Assembly: GCA_903858875.1 (NCBI GenBank)
Contig: CAIOKP010000266.1
Coordinates: 16,442-80,441 of the forward strand
Reading direction: 5' to 3'
DNA from: an uncultured Sphingomonadales bacterium
GTDB taxonomy: Bacteria; Pseudomonadota; Alphaproteobacteria; Sphingomonadales; Sphingomonadaceae
DNA: 64,000 nucleotides
Part shown: piece by piece, positions 18,365-28,167 of the stretch
How the letters are laid out: each line of letters begins with the position of its first letter
Numbering within the stretch: the stretch's first letter is position 1
The notes under the pieces: model-generated
The model's database searches: none
Told to the model about the DNA's origin: nothing
What the model saw: only the letters and a program-made list of their open reading frames with translations
Position numbers and translations under genes: made by a program

Positions 18365-18985
18365 TCAGTTGACCAGCGCGGCCTCGATGGCGATGCGGAT
18401 CGCCTCTGATGTGTGGTTGGCGCCCATTTTGGTTAGCATATTGGCGCGGTGGATTTCGACCGTGCGGGGCGAAATCGACAGTTTCTCGCCAATCATGCGA
18501 TTGGACATGCCGCCTGCGACGCCGGTCAAGACCTCGCGCTCCCGCTTGGTCAGGCGATCAACCCGGCTGCGGGCGAGGGCCTCGCGCAGTTTGGCGCTGC
18601 CGAACACTTCGGCCTTGGCCTCTGCATCGGCCACCACTTTGGCGATGTCTTCGCTGGTGAAGGGCCAAGAAATGTAGTCGATCGCGCCTTCCAGGACGGC
18701 ACCGACCACCATTCGGGTGCTGGGGGCCTGGGCAAAGCCGATCACGGGCAGCCATTGTCCCAGCCGGCCCATCTGGCCCAATAGTGCGCCGATCGCGACG
18801 CCATCATCATGAACCAGCAACAGCCCGGATTTCGGCCAGCGGCTGATCAGTTCCGAAGCATCTTCAAACGGTTCAACATGGATGCTGCTGTCTGCGAGGC
18901 AATGCGAAATTGCGGCCCGACGTCGAACATCACCGTCGACAAGAAAAAGGCTGGTCCCATTACTCACTTTAACCCTACCCCCCAT
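18365..18985 (-). CDS. FixJ/LuxR-family regulator with atypical receiver
   Basis: LTKREREVL...SNRMIGEKLSISPRTVEIHRANMLTKM HTH; receiver motifs altered (VDGD, VHDDG, ISWP). Confidence 0.9.
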   Translation of the reverse strand: MGGRVKVSNGTSLFLVDGDVRRRAAISHCLADSSIHVEPFEDASELISRWPKSGLLLVHDDGVAIGALLGQMGRLGQWLPVIGFAQAPSTRMVVGAVLEGAIDYISWPFTSEDIAKVVADAEAKAEVFGSAKLREALARSRVDRLTKREREVLTGVAGGMSNRMIGEKLSISPRTVEIHRANMLTKMGANHTSEAIRIAIEAALVN

Positions 18986-19275
18986 TGCTTACGGTTAATG
19001 CCTAGCAAATACTGCCTAGACATTGGACGCAAACTTGCTCCGTTTCGGGTTACCGTTCGATCCAAAATAGTTTGATTTGCAATGACCTAGTGTATATACG
19101 TAAAAACACACTTTGATCGATTTCGAATGATTTAAATCTGCGCAAACAGGGGCGTGTTCATTGTTTCGATTTTAGAATTGCGGATGGGGCGCGCTTTTCT
19201 GCGATGTACGCGGCGGCCAATTCATTTCGCGTCATTGTGGCGCGCCTGCCGATCCGGCGCATCGCGCGTAACCGG

Positions 19276-19653
19276 TTAGTGCGGGATTTGGGATATGCTT
19301 TCGGCGATATCAATAAAATCCTGCCGAACCTGAGCGATCGTTTCCGCATCAAAACTCAGCACGCTGTCCAACACCGCGCGACGGGCCGCTGTATAGATAT
19401 GAAGCAGCGCATCGGCCATCGAAGTGTCGCCCGAAACGCCCATCTGCAGCGCGGTTAGCGCCGAAATGGCGCGGGTTAGCGCTTTACTCTTCATTTGGTT
19501 GTCGCCGCGCGTCTGGGCCAATTGTGCGCCGCCCAGGGCCGAGATCAGCTGTTCATAACACATACGGACCAATTCGCGCGGATTGGCGCCAGAGATGCGG
19601 GCGTCGAAATCAACGCGGCGATAGGCCTCGCCGGGGTTGCGTTGGGAGAGCAT
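19276..19653 (-). CDS. fliS: Flagellin export chaperone FliS
   Basis: AYRRV...ANPRELVRMCYE; follows fliD. Confidence 0.85.
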   Translation of the reverse strand: MLSQRNPGEAYRRVDFDARISGANPRELVRMCYEQLISALGGAQLAQTRGDNQMKSKALTRAISALTALQMGVSGDTSMADALLHIYTAARRAVLDSVLSFDAETIAQVRQDFIDIAESISQIPH

Positions 19654-19669
19654 GGAGCAACCCTTCCTG

Positions 19670-21214
19670 TTAGCTGCTGGTCGAATTCCACGCCGCGATC
19701 TGGTTTTTCAGAAAGGTGAGCGTGGAGTTTGAGGCGGCGACTGACGCATTGGCGGCGGCGTATTGGCTGACGAGGCGGGTGCGCAACTGGCTTTGCAGCG
19801 TTGCGATATTGCTCTGTTGGGTGGTCAGGCTGGTTTGTAGCGCGGTATACCGTGTGACCGAGCCATCCAGCGAGCCGGGGTCGGTCGATGTCGTCAGATT
19901 GGTGATCATCGTGTTGAGCGTGCCATAGATCCCGTTCACGCCCTTGGTGAACATCGCCGCAACGGCACCGGTATTGGCCGCCAGTGCGGTCTGCAAAATG
20001 GTCGAATTGAGACTGAAATTGCCGTCTTTGTCCATCGATACGCCAAGGTCGGCGAGCGTTTGGGGCTGGCCCGCGGTAGCATTGGGCATGATGGTCATCC
20101 CGGTCAGCGTGCCAAAGGCCCGCGACATCGCCTTGGCGCCGGGGTCATTGTAAAGCTTGCCGCTGGAGGCCGAGGTGTCGGTGTTCATTTCGGTAACGAG
20201 GCTGTTCAGCGCGGACACCAGATTGGTCATTGCCGAGGTAATGTTGCTCGACGGATCAGAATAGGTGATCGTTGTCGGGGCGCCGACATTGGTTCCGGTC
20301 AGGGTCAGCGACAGGCCGGGGGCCGCGCTGGTGATGGCATTGGTGGCGCTGGTACGGCTGATGCCATCCAGCTTGTAGGCGGCATCCATCGCACTTTGCA
20401 CCAGCGTGGTCGCATTGGACGATGCCGCGGGGTCATAGGCCAACGACGACAGGCTGGTGCCTGTCGAGGCGGCGGTTGTGCTGTCGGCGGACGTGATGGT
20501 GAAGGCGCTGTCCGCCCCCTGTGCCCCTTTGATGACCAATTGCTGGCCATTGGCATTGGTCGCGACATAGGCCGTTACGCCGATGTTCGCGCCGTTGATC
20601 GCGCTGGCGGCCTGGGCCAGCGTTGCGCCATCGGGGATGGTGACCGATGCCGACGCCTTGGTGGTGTCCCGCGCAAAGGTGCTGGTCGTGGTGCCGCCGC
20701 TGGTGGTGGTGTTGACGGTGCCAAAGGCGAAACTCATCGTGCCACCCTTCAGCGCGACCGAATTCGACAGGCTTGCCGAGCTGAGAACCTGTGGCTGGGC
20801 CAATTGCGACACTTCCAGCGAATAGCTGCTGGTCGATCCGCTGGACCCGATGGGCAGACTGGCGCTGGCCACCGAAGCGTTCGTGACGGTGGGCGAGGGA
20901 ATGAGATTGCTGCCATCGATCAGGCTGGACAGCGACGAGTTGAGCGTCAGCAGGTCGTTTTTCAGCTGCGAGGCTTCGGAAATCTGCGTCGTCACCGTCG
21001 CCTGTTGCGTGGTGAGCGCGGAGGTCTGTGTCATGTATTCCGCAGCCGAGATTTCGGTCGCCATGTTGGTCATGTCGGTCCCGGTTCCGCCCGCCCCCAT
21101 CGCGGTCAGCAGCGCCGAGCCCAGCGACGCGGTATCCGACGTCGTCGTGGTCGCGGCGGCTACCGCCGTATTGGTCGTGGCCGTTGTGCTTGATGAGACA
21201 GAGGAGGTGGTCAT
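19670..21214 (-). CDS. fliD: Flagellar filament cap FliD
   Basis: YSLEVSQLAQ, DAAYKLDG..SATNAI, TLADLGV, C-terminal RLVSQY; upstream of fliS. Confidence 0.9.
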   Translation of the reverse strand: MTTSSVSSSTTATTNTAVAAATTTTSDTASLGSALLTAMGAGGTGTDMTNMATEISAAEYMTQTSALTTQQATVTTQISEASQLKNDLLTLNSSLSSLIDGSNLIPSPTVTNASVASASLPIGSSGSTSSYSLEVSQLAQPQVLSSASLSNSVALKGGTMSFAFGTVNTTTSGGTTTSTFARDTTKASASVTIPDGATLAQAASAINGANIGVTAYVATNANGQQLVIKGAQGADSAFTITSADSTTAASTGTSLSSLAYDPAASSNATTLVQSAMDAAYKLDGISRTSATNAITSAAPGLSLTLTGTNVGAPTTITYSDPSSNITSAMTNLVSALNSLVTEMNTDTSASSGKLYNDPGAKAMSRAFGTLTGMTIMPNATAGQPQTLADLGVSMDKDGNFSLNSTILQTALAANTGAVAAMFTKGVNGIYGTLNTMITNLTTSTDPGSLDGSVTRYTALQTSLTTQQSNIATLQSQLRTRLVSQYAAANASVAASNSTLTFLKNQIAAWNSTSS

Positions 21215-21221
21215 GGTTACA

Positions 21222-21247
21222 AGAACGACCTTGGTTGCGCGGACTTA
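21222..21247 (-). promoter_or_regulatory. Putative sigma28 (FliA) promoter of fliD-fliS
   Basis: TAAG-N14-GTCGTTCT; same spacing as the flgM and fliC candidates; -35 overlaps the flhB stop. Confidence 0.65.
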
Positions 21248-22405
21248 AGTGTCCGGTGTGATGGGATGGTGATCGTGGGGATCGGGGCGGCCGTCGGCGT
21301 CGAAACGCAGGGCGACGGGGATCTCGACCGCCGGTATGTCGCGCTTTTCACCACGTTTCAGCGCAAAGACGAAAGCGAGCACGCCGGCGACCGCGACAAA
21401 CAATTCCTCGCGGATGACCTGGCGTTCGCGGGTGGTGTAATAGAGCGCGCGTGCCAGGCCCGGAAATTCGAGACAAGGCAGTTCGAGTTCGGCGGCCATT
21501 TGGCGGATCGCGGCGGCTTTTTCGCCGCGCCCCTTGGTCAGCACGATCGGCGCCGGGGCCAATTCGGGGTCATAGGTCAGCGCGATGGCAAAATGGGTCG
21601 GGTTGGTGACGACGAACTGCGCCTTCTTCATGGCGCCGGCGATGGCCCCCATGGCGATCTGGCGTTGGCGCTGGCGGCGGGCGTTTTTGGCCTCGGGGCT
21701 GCCGTCCTGTTCCTTGTGCTCGTCCTTCACTTCCTGAAGGCTCATGCGCAGCCGTCGCATCCGGCGCAGCCATTGCACCGGAAAATCGATCAGCGCGATG
21801 ATTATCAGCCCGCCCGCCAATTGGAACAACAGGCTGGTCAGTGCCTCCCACGCAAAGGCGAGTTGCCCGGCCAGGCCTACCGCGCCCAATTCGAGCACTC
21901 CGGTCATGAGCGATTTGCCCCAATGATAGGCAATCGAGCCAAGCAGCAGCAGCTTGATCAGCCCCTTGCCCACCTCGATCCAGCCGTTCGGGCCGAACAT
22001 GCGGGTCAGGCCGGACATCGGATTTATCCGGCTGGCCTTGGGCAGGATATTTTCGAAATTGAACCGGCCGCTGCCCGAGGGCCCGAGTTGGGTGAGTATC
22101 GACATCGCGCTGACCATCAGACCCAGCAACAATACGGGCGGCGCAACGCGCATCCCCATCGCCAAGCCCATTTTCGATGGGGCGAAATTCTCGATCGCGG
22201 CACGGTCCCAGGTAAAACCCAGCTTCATGCTGTCGGTCAACGCCGAGAGCAGCCAAGGGCCGCCCATTCGTAGAAACATCGCGCCGATCAACACGCTGCC
22301 GGCGACGGTCAATTCCTTGGAGCGCAAAACGTCGCCGTTCTTCGACGCCTCGCGCATCCGCTTTTCGGTTGGGGCGAGGGTTTTCTCGCCGGCGGTCTCG
22401 GCCAT
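21245..22405 (-). CDS. flhB: Flagellar export protein FlhB
   Basis: GEKTLAPT, EVKDEHKEQDGSPE, autocleavage motif NPTH. Confidence 0.97.
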   Translation of the reverse strand: MAETAGEKTLAPTEKRMREASKNGDVLRSKELTVAGSVLIGAMFLRMGGPWLLSALTDSMKLGFTWDRAAIENFAPSKMGLAMGMRVAPPVLLLGLMVSAMSILTQLGPSGSGRFNFENILPKASRINPMSGLTRMFGPNGWIEVGKGLIKLLLLGSIAYHWGKSLMTGVLELGAVGLAGQLAFAWEALTSLLFQLAGGLIIIALIDFPVQWLRRMRRLRMSLQEVKDEHKEQDGSPEAKNARRQRQRQIAMGAIAGAMKKAQFVVTNPTHFAIALTYDPELAPAPIVLTKGRGEKAAAIRQMAAELELPCLEFPGLARALYYTTRERQVIREELFVAVAGVLAFVFALKRGEKRDIPAVEIPVALRFDADGRPDPHDHHPITPDT

Positions 22406-22408
22406 GCG

Positions 22409-23191
22409 TCAGCTTCCGATCAGCCGCGCGGCGGCGGCAATGGCATCGGCGGACAATTGGGTCATGCGGTCGGTCAACATCGGCGCGGTCGCGATCAGCG
22501 CGGCAAACCCCGCGACGATGCTGGCCGGCAGACCGAGCGAAAACAGGTTGAGCGCTGGGGCCGAGCGCGAAATCACCCCCGCCATGATCATGATCAGCAA
22601 CAGCATCAACGTCACCGGCAAGGCCATCGCCAGCGCGGTGGCAAACAGCGTGCTGCCATAGGACAGGATCTCCATGATCCGATCCGGCCCGATCCACGTA
22701 TGGCCGGGCGCAAACACCGTATAGCTTTTGACCACCAGCGCGATCCATTGCAGGTGACAGCCGAGCGAAAAGAAGATCAGCGTCAGAACCACGGTGAAAT
22801 ATTGCCCGAGCGCCGGCGAATGCCCGCCGTTTTGCGGGTCGATCGTGGCGGCAAGGCCCATGCCCATGCCGCCGCCGATCAATTCAGCGGCAATCGCGGG
22901 CGCGGCAAAGGCGAATTGCAACACAAAGCCGAGGCACGTACCGACCAGAATTTCGCCGGCCACGGCCAACATGCCGGCCAGCGAAAACAGGTGTTCGGGC
23001 GCCTGCACATTGGTCGAACTGGCGATCATCAGGCTGATCGCGCCGGCCAGAACCACGCGCACCTGTGGCGCCACATTGGTTGTGCCAAAGAACGGCGCCG
23101 CCATCAACGCCGCGCCGATCCGCGTCATCAGGAACATCCAGCGCCAGAACTCAGCCTCTAGCGGGCCAAAGCCGAAATCGAAGGAGATCAT
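22409..23191 (-). CDS. fliR: Flagellar export protein FliR
   Basis: Hydrophobic; AAPFFG, SRSAPALNLFSLGLP; operon position. Confidence 0.95.
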   Translation of the reverse strand: MISFDFGFGPLEAEFWRWMFLMTRIGAALMAAPFFGTTNVAPQVRVVLAGAISLMIASSTNVQAPEHLFSLAGMLAVAGEILVGTCLGFVLQFAFAAPAIAAELIGGGMGMGLAATIDPQNGGHSPALGQYFTVVLTLIFFSLGCHLQWIALVVKSYTVFAPGHTWIGPDRIMEILSYGSTLFATALAMALPVTLMLLLIMIMAGVISRSAPALNLFSLGLPASIVAGFAALIATAPMLTDRMTQLSADAIAAAARLIGS

Positions 23192-23203
23192 CGCTTGATG
23201 CCC

Positions 23204-23488
23204 CTATTGCCCGGCGCCAGCGCCAAGATGGGCGATGGTGGCGAAAATATCCTTGGCGAAATCACCGATGATGCCGAGCATGCTGGCGCCAAACAGCAAC
23301 AGCACAAGCGCGGTCACCATCACTTTTGGGATAAAGGTCAGCGTCTGTTCGTTGATCGAGGTGGCGGCCTGAAAGATGCTGACCATCAGGCCAACGGCAA
23401 GGCTGGCAAACAGCACCGGCGCGCCGCATAGCGCGACCACATACAACATGCGGTCGGCCAGAGCGAGCATGGCGGGGGTTTCGTCCAT
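23204..23488 (-). CDS. fliQ: Flagellar export protein FliQ
   Basis: SIFQAATSINEQTLTFIPK. Confidence 0.96.
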   Translation of the reverse strand: MDETPAMLALADRMLYVVALCGAPVLFASLAVGLMVSIFQAATSINEQTLTFIPKVMVTALVLLLFGASMLGIIGDFAKDIFATIAHLGAGAGQ

Positions 23489-23498
23489 CGCGGCGCCC

Positions 23499-24302
23499 CT
23501 AACCAAAGCTGGCAGCAAGGCTGCCCATCAACAGAGCCCAGCCGTCAACCAGCACGAACAGCAGCAGTTTGAACGGCAGCGAGATGATCGCCGGGCTCAT
23601 CATCATCATGCCAAGGCTCATCAATACCGCCGAGACGACAAGGTCGATCACCAGAAACGGCAGATAGAGCATGAAGCCGATCTGGAACGCGGTTTTCAGC
23701 TCCGACGTGACAAAGGCGGGCAGAAGGATCGAGAAGGGGACATCCTCGGGCCGGTTGAATTTGGGGCTTTTGGCCATATCGACGAACATCGACAGGTCGG
23801 CGCGGCGCGTCTGGCGGATCATGAAGCTGTGGAATTCGGCGCCAGCTTTGACGATCGCGGTCTGCGCGTTGATCTGCCCGGCGGAATAGGGGGCGATGGC
23901 ATTGGCGTTCACCTTGTCGAGGGTCGGCGACATCACGAACAACGACAGGAACAGCGCAAGGCCGACCAGCACCTGATTGGGCGGCGATTGTTGCAGCCCC
24001 AGCGCTTGCCGCAGGATCGAGAACACCACGAGGATGCGGGTGAAGCTCGTCATCATCAGGATCAGGCTGGGCAGGATCGTCAGCAGGCCCATGATGATGA
24101 GCATTTGCAACGACAGGGTTAAACCTGCGCCCCCGCCGCCGTTCATAGAGGAGAACGCCCGGTCAAGCGCGCCGGGCACAGCGGCCGGGACCGCGGGGCC
24201 GGTTGCGGCCTGAGCGGCGGCCTGAGCCATGGCGGCGCCTGTGTGCAATAGCGCGACGGCGGCGATGGCCAGCGTGGACAACAGGCGTTGGGTGCGGTTC
24301 AC
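23499..24302 (-). CDS. fliP: Flagellar export protein FliP
   Basis: [44 protein letters not shown]; GTG start overlaps fliO stop. Confidence 0.97.
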   Translation of the reverse strand: MNRTQRLLSTLAIAAVALLHTGAAMAQAAAQAATGPAVPAAVPGALDRAFSSMNGGGGAGLTLSLQMLIIMGLLTILPSLILMMTSFTRILVVFSILRQALGLQQSPPNQVLVGLALFLSLFVMSPTLDKVNANAIAPYSAGQINAQTAIVKAGAEFHSFMIRQTRRADLSMFVDMAKSPKFNRPEDVPFSILLPAFVTSELKTAFQIGFMLYLPFLVIDLVVSAVLMSLGMMMMSPAIISLPFKLLLFVLVDGWALLMGSLAASFG

Positions 24303-24646
24303 CGTTCGACCCTCCGCAGGGTTTGGGCGAAATTGTTGCCTTCGCGGAAATTCTCGCGGAAATCGGTGTCGTCGGCGTCGTCCTCGACGCGCAGACGCGC
24401 CGGGGCTTCGGCCAGGCGGGTCATGCCCGCCCGGCTGGTCGCAACGAGGATCTCGCGCCCGTGGAATTCCAGCACCGCCAGCTTTTGCGTCGGGCTGAGC
24501 ATGATCGTCTCGATGATGCGCACGCTGCGGGTGGTGCCCTGCGCCATGAACCGCTTTTGCATATGTTGCGACAGTTTGAGGCTGCCCCAGATCATCCCGC
24601 CAATCAGGGGCAACAGGATGACCAGCTTGATGATGTACCAGATCAT
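24299..24646 (-). CDS. fliO: Flagellar biogenesis protein FliO
   Basis: N-terminal TM then [20 protein letters not shown]; between fliN and fliP. Confidence 0.85.
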   Translation of the reverse strand: MIWYIIKLVILLPLIGGMIWGSLKLSQHMQKRFMAQGTTRSVRIIETIMLSPTQKLAVLEFHGREILVATSRAGMTRLAEAPARLRVEDDADDTDFRENFREGNNFAQTLRRVER

Positions 24647-24951
24647 CAGCCGATATCCGCCCCGAGGCCAAGGCCGCCTGGCGCGACCTGATCGCCGCCG
24701 GCCATCTCGACGATGCGCAGGCCAAAGCGGTTGCCCTGCGTCACGATCTCGCCCTTGGCGATGACCTTGCCGTTGACCATCACGTCGAGCAATTCATCGG
24801 TCAGCCGTTCAAGCATGACGACGCTTTCCTCGCCCAATGCGAGAACATCTTTCAGCTTCATGTCGGTGCGGCCCAATTCGACCGAGAGGCGCACATCGAC
24901 GTCCTTGAGAAAGTCGAAACCCCGCGTGGGAAATCCGGATTGAGCGTTCAT
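24646..24951 (-). CDS. fliN: Flagellar motor switch protein FliN
   Basis: SpoA domain [11 protein letters not shown]...[12 protein letters not shown]...FGLRI. Confidence 0.95.
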   Translation of the reverse strand: MNAQSGFPTRGFDFLKDVDVRLSVELGRTDMKLKDVLALGEESVVMLERLTDELLDVMVNGKVIAKGEIVTQGNRFGLRIVEMAGGDQVAPGGLGLGADIG

Positions 24952-25895
24952 TGTGGGCTCCTGTTATCGGTAAAGGCTTGGTTGATTTGTACGGCCACCT
25001 GGTCATCCATCGTGCCGACGGTGCCATGGGCAATGGTTTGGGCGCCGATGCGCAGCGGCACATGGCGTGCGACCGACACCGGCAGGATCTGACCCGGCGC
25101 CAGTCCCGCGATGGCGGAAAACGGTATGCTCATGTCGACCAGTACGGCGCTGACCGACAGGGGCAGGTCGCCAAACGGCGCGGCGGCCGGATTGGCGCGG
25201 CGGCGCTGGCCAGCCTTGGGGTCGATCAGTCCGGCGCCTTCGGAAAAGCCGAAAAGCCGGGCGAGCGACGTAAACGGCATGGCAAACGTCATCAGCCACG
25301 GCAGCACGCCGCCATCATCGACCTCCATATTCAGCACCGCCAGCGGCAGATCGTCGGGAAACGGTGCCAGCAGCGCCAGATTGCCATCGCGGCGCAGCCC
25401 GGTGATTGGTGGGGTGATGGCGCCGCGTGCGCCGCCCGCCGTGACCGTCACCGCCGCCGACAGATGGTCGGCCAGCAGCGTTTCAATCCGCCCGATCATC
25501 AATTCGGCGGCCATCGGAAATGTCGATGGCATCGGCGCGGGGGCCTCGCCCTTGCCGCCAAAGGCGCGGTCGACGATGCGCAGCACCGGCTCGGCCTCGA
25601 TCGACACCAGCATCGGCATATTTGGCGCGCCAATGGCAAAAACGCTGTTCGCCGCCAGCGAGGCGATCGAATGGTGCAAGCTGCCGAGCGTCGTTTCGCG
25701 CGGGTCGGTGCATTGCACCAGCGGCGCCTCGCCGCCCAGCAACGGCGCCAGCGCGCCCGACAAACGACGGGCAAAGCGGTCGCCCATGCGACGCAGCAAG
25801 GGCAGCAGCTCGTCCGGGCCCGGCCCCTTGCGGAGCAGCTCGGGGCAATGCTCGGCAAGGGGGCGTTCGGCAATGAACTCTCGCATCGGCTTCAT
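24948..25895 (-). CDS. fliM: Flagellar motor switch protein FliM (divergent)
   Basis: Between fliL and fliN; C-terminal SpoA-like domain; middle IVDRAFGG; no N-terminal LSQxEID motif. Confidence 0.82.
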   Translation of the reverse strand: MKPMREFIAERPLAEHCPELLRKGPGPDELLPLLRRMGDRFARRLSGALAPLLGGEAPLVQCTDPRETTLGSLHHSIASLAANSVFAIGAPNMPMLVSIEAEPVLRIVDRAFGGKGEAPAPMPSTFPMAAELMIGRIETLLADHLSAAVTVTAGGARGAITPPITGLRRDGNLALLAPFPDDLPLAVLNMEVDDGGVLPWLMTFAMPFTSLARLFGFSEGAGLIDPKAGQRRRANPAAAPFGDLPLSVSAVLVDMSIPFSAIAGLAPGQILPVSVARHVPLRIGAQTIAHGTVGTMDDQVAVQINQAFTDNRSPQ

Positions 25896-25930
25896 ACAGG
25901 GGGTGTTTCTGTAAAAATGGGGGGTGCAGG

Positions 25931-26530
25931 TTACTGAACGAGGAAGCTTTTGAAGTAGACGTCGTCGACGCCTCCAAAGCCTTCTTCCTGCAACAGCACC
26001 TTGTTGATCGCCGCGGTCAGCCGCTTTTGCAGCTTTTCCTTGCCTTCGATTGTCGAGACCTCTTCCTCCGGCGTGTCGGCCAGCACGGTCAGCATGGCCG
26101 AGCGGACCGCCAATTCGTGCTTTTTGAGCCAGATCATCACGCGTCCATCGCGATGGGTGGAACAGGCAATGCTGACCTGCACCAGCGAGGAGGATTGCTT
26201 GAGGTTTGAGGTGAAATCCTCGGTGAAGGTGTAATAGGAGGTCTTGTAGGGGCTGCCGCCTTCGCCTTCGACCTCCTTGCCGCCTTCGCCTTCCTTGCCG
26301 CCTTCGGCCTTGGGGGCGAACGGGTCAGGGTCGCCTTTTTTGAGCAGCTTGGGCGAATTGTCTTCCTTCTTTGCAACGGCACCGCCGCCGCCGATCATGC
26401 CCATCTTGACGAGAGCAAAGGCCCCCCCGCCGCCCAATGCCAGCATCACCACCGCAACGATCAAAATCAGCATCAGGGGGCTTTTGCCCTTGGCTGGCTT
26501 GTCGTCCTTGTCGGCCTTGTCTTTGCTCAT
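25931..26530 (-). CDS. fliL: Flagellar basal body protein FliL
   Basis: N-terminal TM, FTSNL, EGKEKLQ, DVYFKSFLVQ. Confidence 0.93.
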   Translation of the reverse strand: MSKDKADKDDKPAKGKSPLMLILIVAVVMLALGGGGAFALVKMGMIGGGGAVAKKEDNSPKLLKKGDPDPFAPKAEGGKEGEGGKEVEGEGGSPYKTSYYTFTEDFTSNLKQSSSLVQVSIACSTHRDGRVMIWLKKHELAVRSAMLTVLADTPEEEVSTIEGKEKLQKRLTAAINKVLLQEEGFGGVDDVYFKSFLVQ

Positions 26531-26561
26531 GTCGCTCAACTTTTCTTACAAATGGGGGTGA

Positions 26562-28139
26562 TCAGGCGAGGATGCCGGACCGATGGGAAAGGGCGGCATT
26601 GGTATCGCCGGTGGCGTTTGCGGTCGCGCCTGCGGTGGCGGGATTGCTGGCGATGCCGGTGTCGCGGCTATCGGCCCAGCGGCCGGGTTGCCCTTGCGCG
26701 CCGTTGCCCGACGATTGCCCGCCGGTGGAGCCACCCGCGGTGTTCTGCGCAAAGCCAGCGTGGCGGGCGTCGGCCTGGGCATTGCTGCCCGACTGGCTGC
26801 CGGTGTTCGTGGAGGCGCCATCGGCGCTGGCGCTGGCGGCGATCTGGGTGGACTGGGTCTGGGCCATCGCGGCCTGCGCTGCCGGGGCAAAGCCGGGGTC
26901 GGCGCTCGACATCGAGACAGACAGGCCGGCGTCGTCCTGATTGAAGTTCAGCGCGACCCGGCCGAATTCGACATGGGTAATCGCCGCCTGCACCAATTGC
27001 GCGGCGCCGCCAGCGCGGGCGGCCTGGCGCGCCTCGACCAGGCGGTCGACTAGGGCGGTCATATCGGTGGGCGTGGCCCCTGATGTAGTCGTGGCGGCGC
27101 TGCCAATCAGCCCTTGCGCCGCCCCGCTTTGTGAAAGCGCCGACAGGGTCGCGCCCGCCGATGCCTCGGTTTGACCGGTCGGCGCGGCGGCCGTGCCGGA
27201 AGCAACGGCGCCCGAAGCCGCGGTGGTCGAAGCGTGGTCGGTGGCCGATGTGGCCAACGGATCGGTGGATTTGGCGCCGCGGCCACCGGTGCCGGCACCG
27301 TTCTGATGGGTGCCTTGTCCGCTGGTCTGGCCCTCTTGGCGCCCTGTTGCGGCTGCGCTGGCAAGCGCGGTGTCGCCGGTCACCACGGGGCGCAATTGCA
27401 CCGTGCCGCTGTCGTTGGCGGCAGCCGCCGGCGCCGCGCCCTTGGGTGTCACGGTGATGGGTGTCGCGCCAACCGATTGGATTAGCGCCGGGCTGGCGAC
27501 GATGGCCAGTTGCGTGATGGCTGCCTGTAGCGCGGCTGGCGGCGGGACCGACGAGGGGGCAGCAGACGGGGCGGCGGCAGATGGGGGGGAGGCGGACGGG
27601 GGGGAGGCGGGCGATGAGGCGGTGGTAGGCGGCACAGGCGCAGCAACCGGCACGGCAGATGCCGGGGCTTGTGGCACAAGGCCCGCCGCGACCATCGCCA
27701 GAGCCGGATCGAGCATCAGCGGTGCCGGTGCGGTGTCGGGCGTTGCAGTGGGCGTGGCGGCCGCCGCGGTGTCGCTTGGCGTTGTCGTGCCATCGGTGGC
27801 GGCGCTGGCCGGCAAGGTCTTGCCGGAGGTCGGCAATTTGCCGTTGCCTGTCAGCGCCATGGCGATCGCGGATGCCGCAAGTCGCGCGCCGGTGGCGAGG
27901 AGATTAATCGCTGCATTTGCGGGCTCTGCCTCGCTCACGACAGGGGCGCTGGCGGTGGTTTGCGTCAGGGGGGCAGGGGTCTGTTGTGCCAGCATGGCGT
28001 GGAATCCCCCGATGCCGCTGGTTGCGACATCGGTGCCCGTCGCATCATTGGCGGCCAGTGGCGCGGCATTGATACCAGAAACGATGCCAGACGGCGCGTG
28101 GGGCGTAGAGGTCAGGCTGGACAGTTCAGACATTCGCAT
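26562..28139 (-). CDS. fliK: Hook-length control protein FliK-like
   Basis: Ala/Thr/Pro/Ser-rich low complexity; HVEFGRV resembles the PxELGxV motif; between fliJ and fliL. Confidence 0.7.
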   Translation of the reverse strand: MRMSELSSLTSTPHAPSGIVSGINAAPLAANDATGTDVATSGIGGFHAMLAQQTPAPLTQTTASAPVVSEAEPANAAINLLATGARLAASAIAMALTGNGKLPTSGKTLPASAATDGTTTPSDTAAAATPTATPDTAPAPLMLDPALAMVAAGLVPQAPASAVPVAAPVPPTTASSPASPPSASPPSAAAPSAAPSSVPPPAALQAAITQLAIVASPALIQSVGATPITVTPKGAAPAAAANDSGTVQLRPVVTGDTALASAAATGRQEGQTSGQGTHQNGAGTGGRGAKSTDPLATSATDHASTTAASGAVASGTAAAPTGQTEASAGATLSALSQSGAAQGLIGSAATTTSGATPTDMTALVDRLVEARQAARAGGAAQLVQAAITHVEFGRVALNFNQDDAGLSVSMSSADPGFAPAAQAAMAQTQSTQIAASASADGASTNTGSQSGSNAQADARHAGFAQNTAGGSTGGQSSGNGAQGQPGRWADSRDTGIASNPATAGATANATGDTNAALSHRSGILA

Positions 28140-28167
28140 CGTCTCCGTTGCGTTGATCGCCTGTTAA

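Noticed and set aside
19158-19352. 64-aa ORF overlapping the fliS end
   Set aside because: Overlaps fliS, runs into the AT-rich spacer, no SD or motif
26562-28139. Low-complexity repeats in FliK, the CheA linker and the FliE N-terminus as repeat elements
   Set aside because: Ordinary Pro/Ala/Ser/Gly-rich linkers in coding sequence
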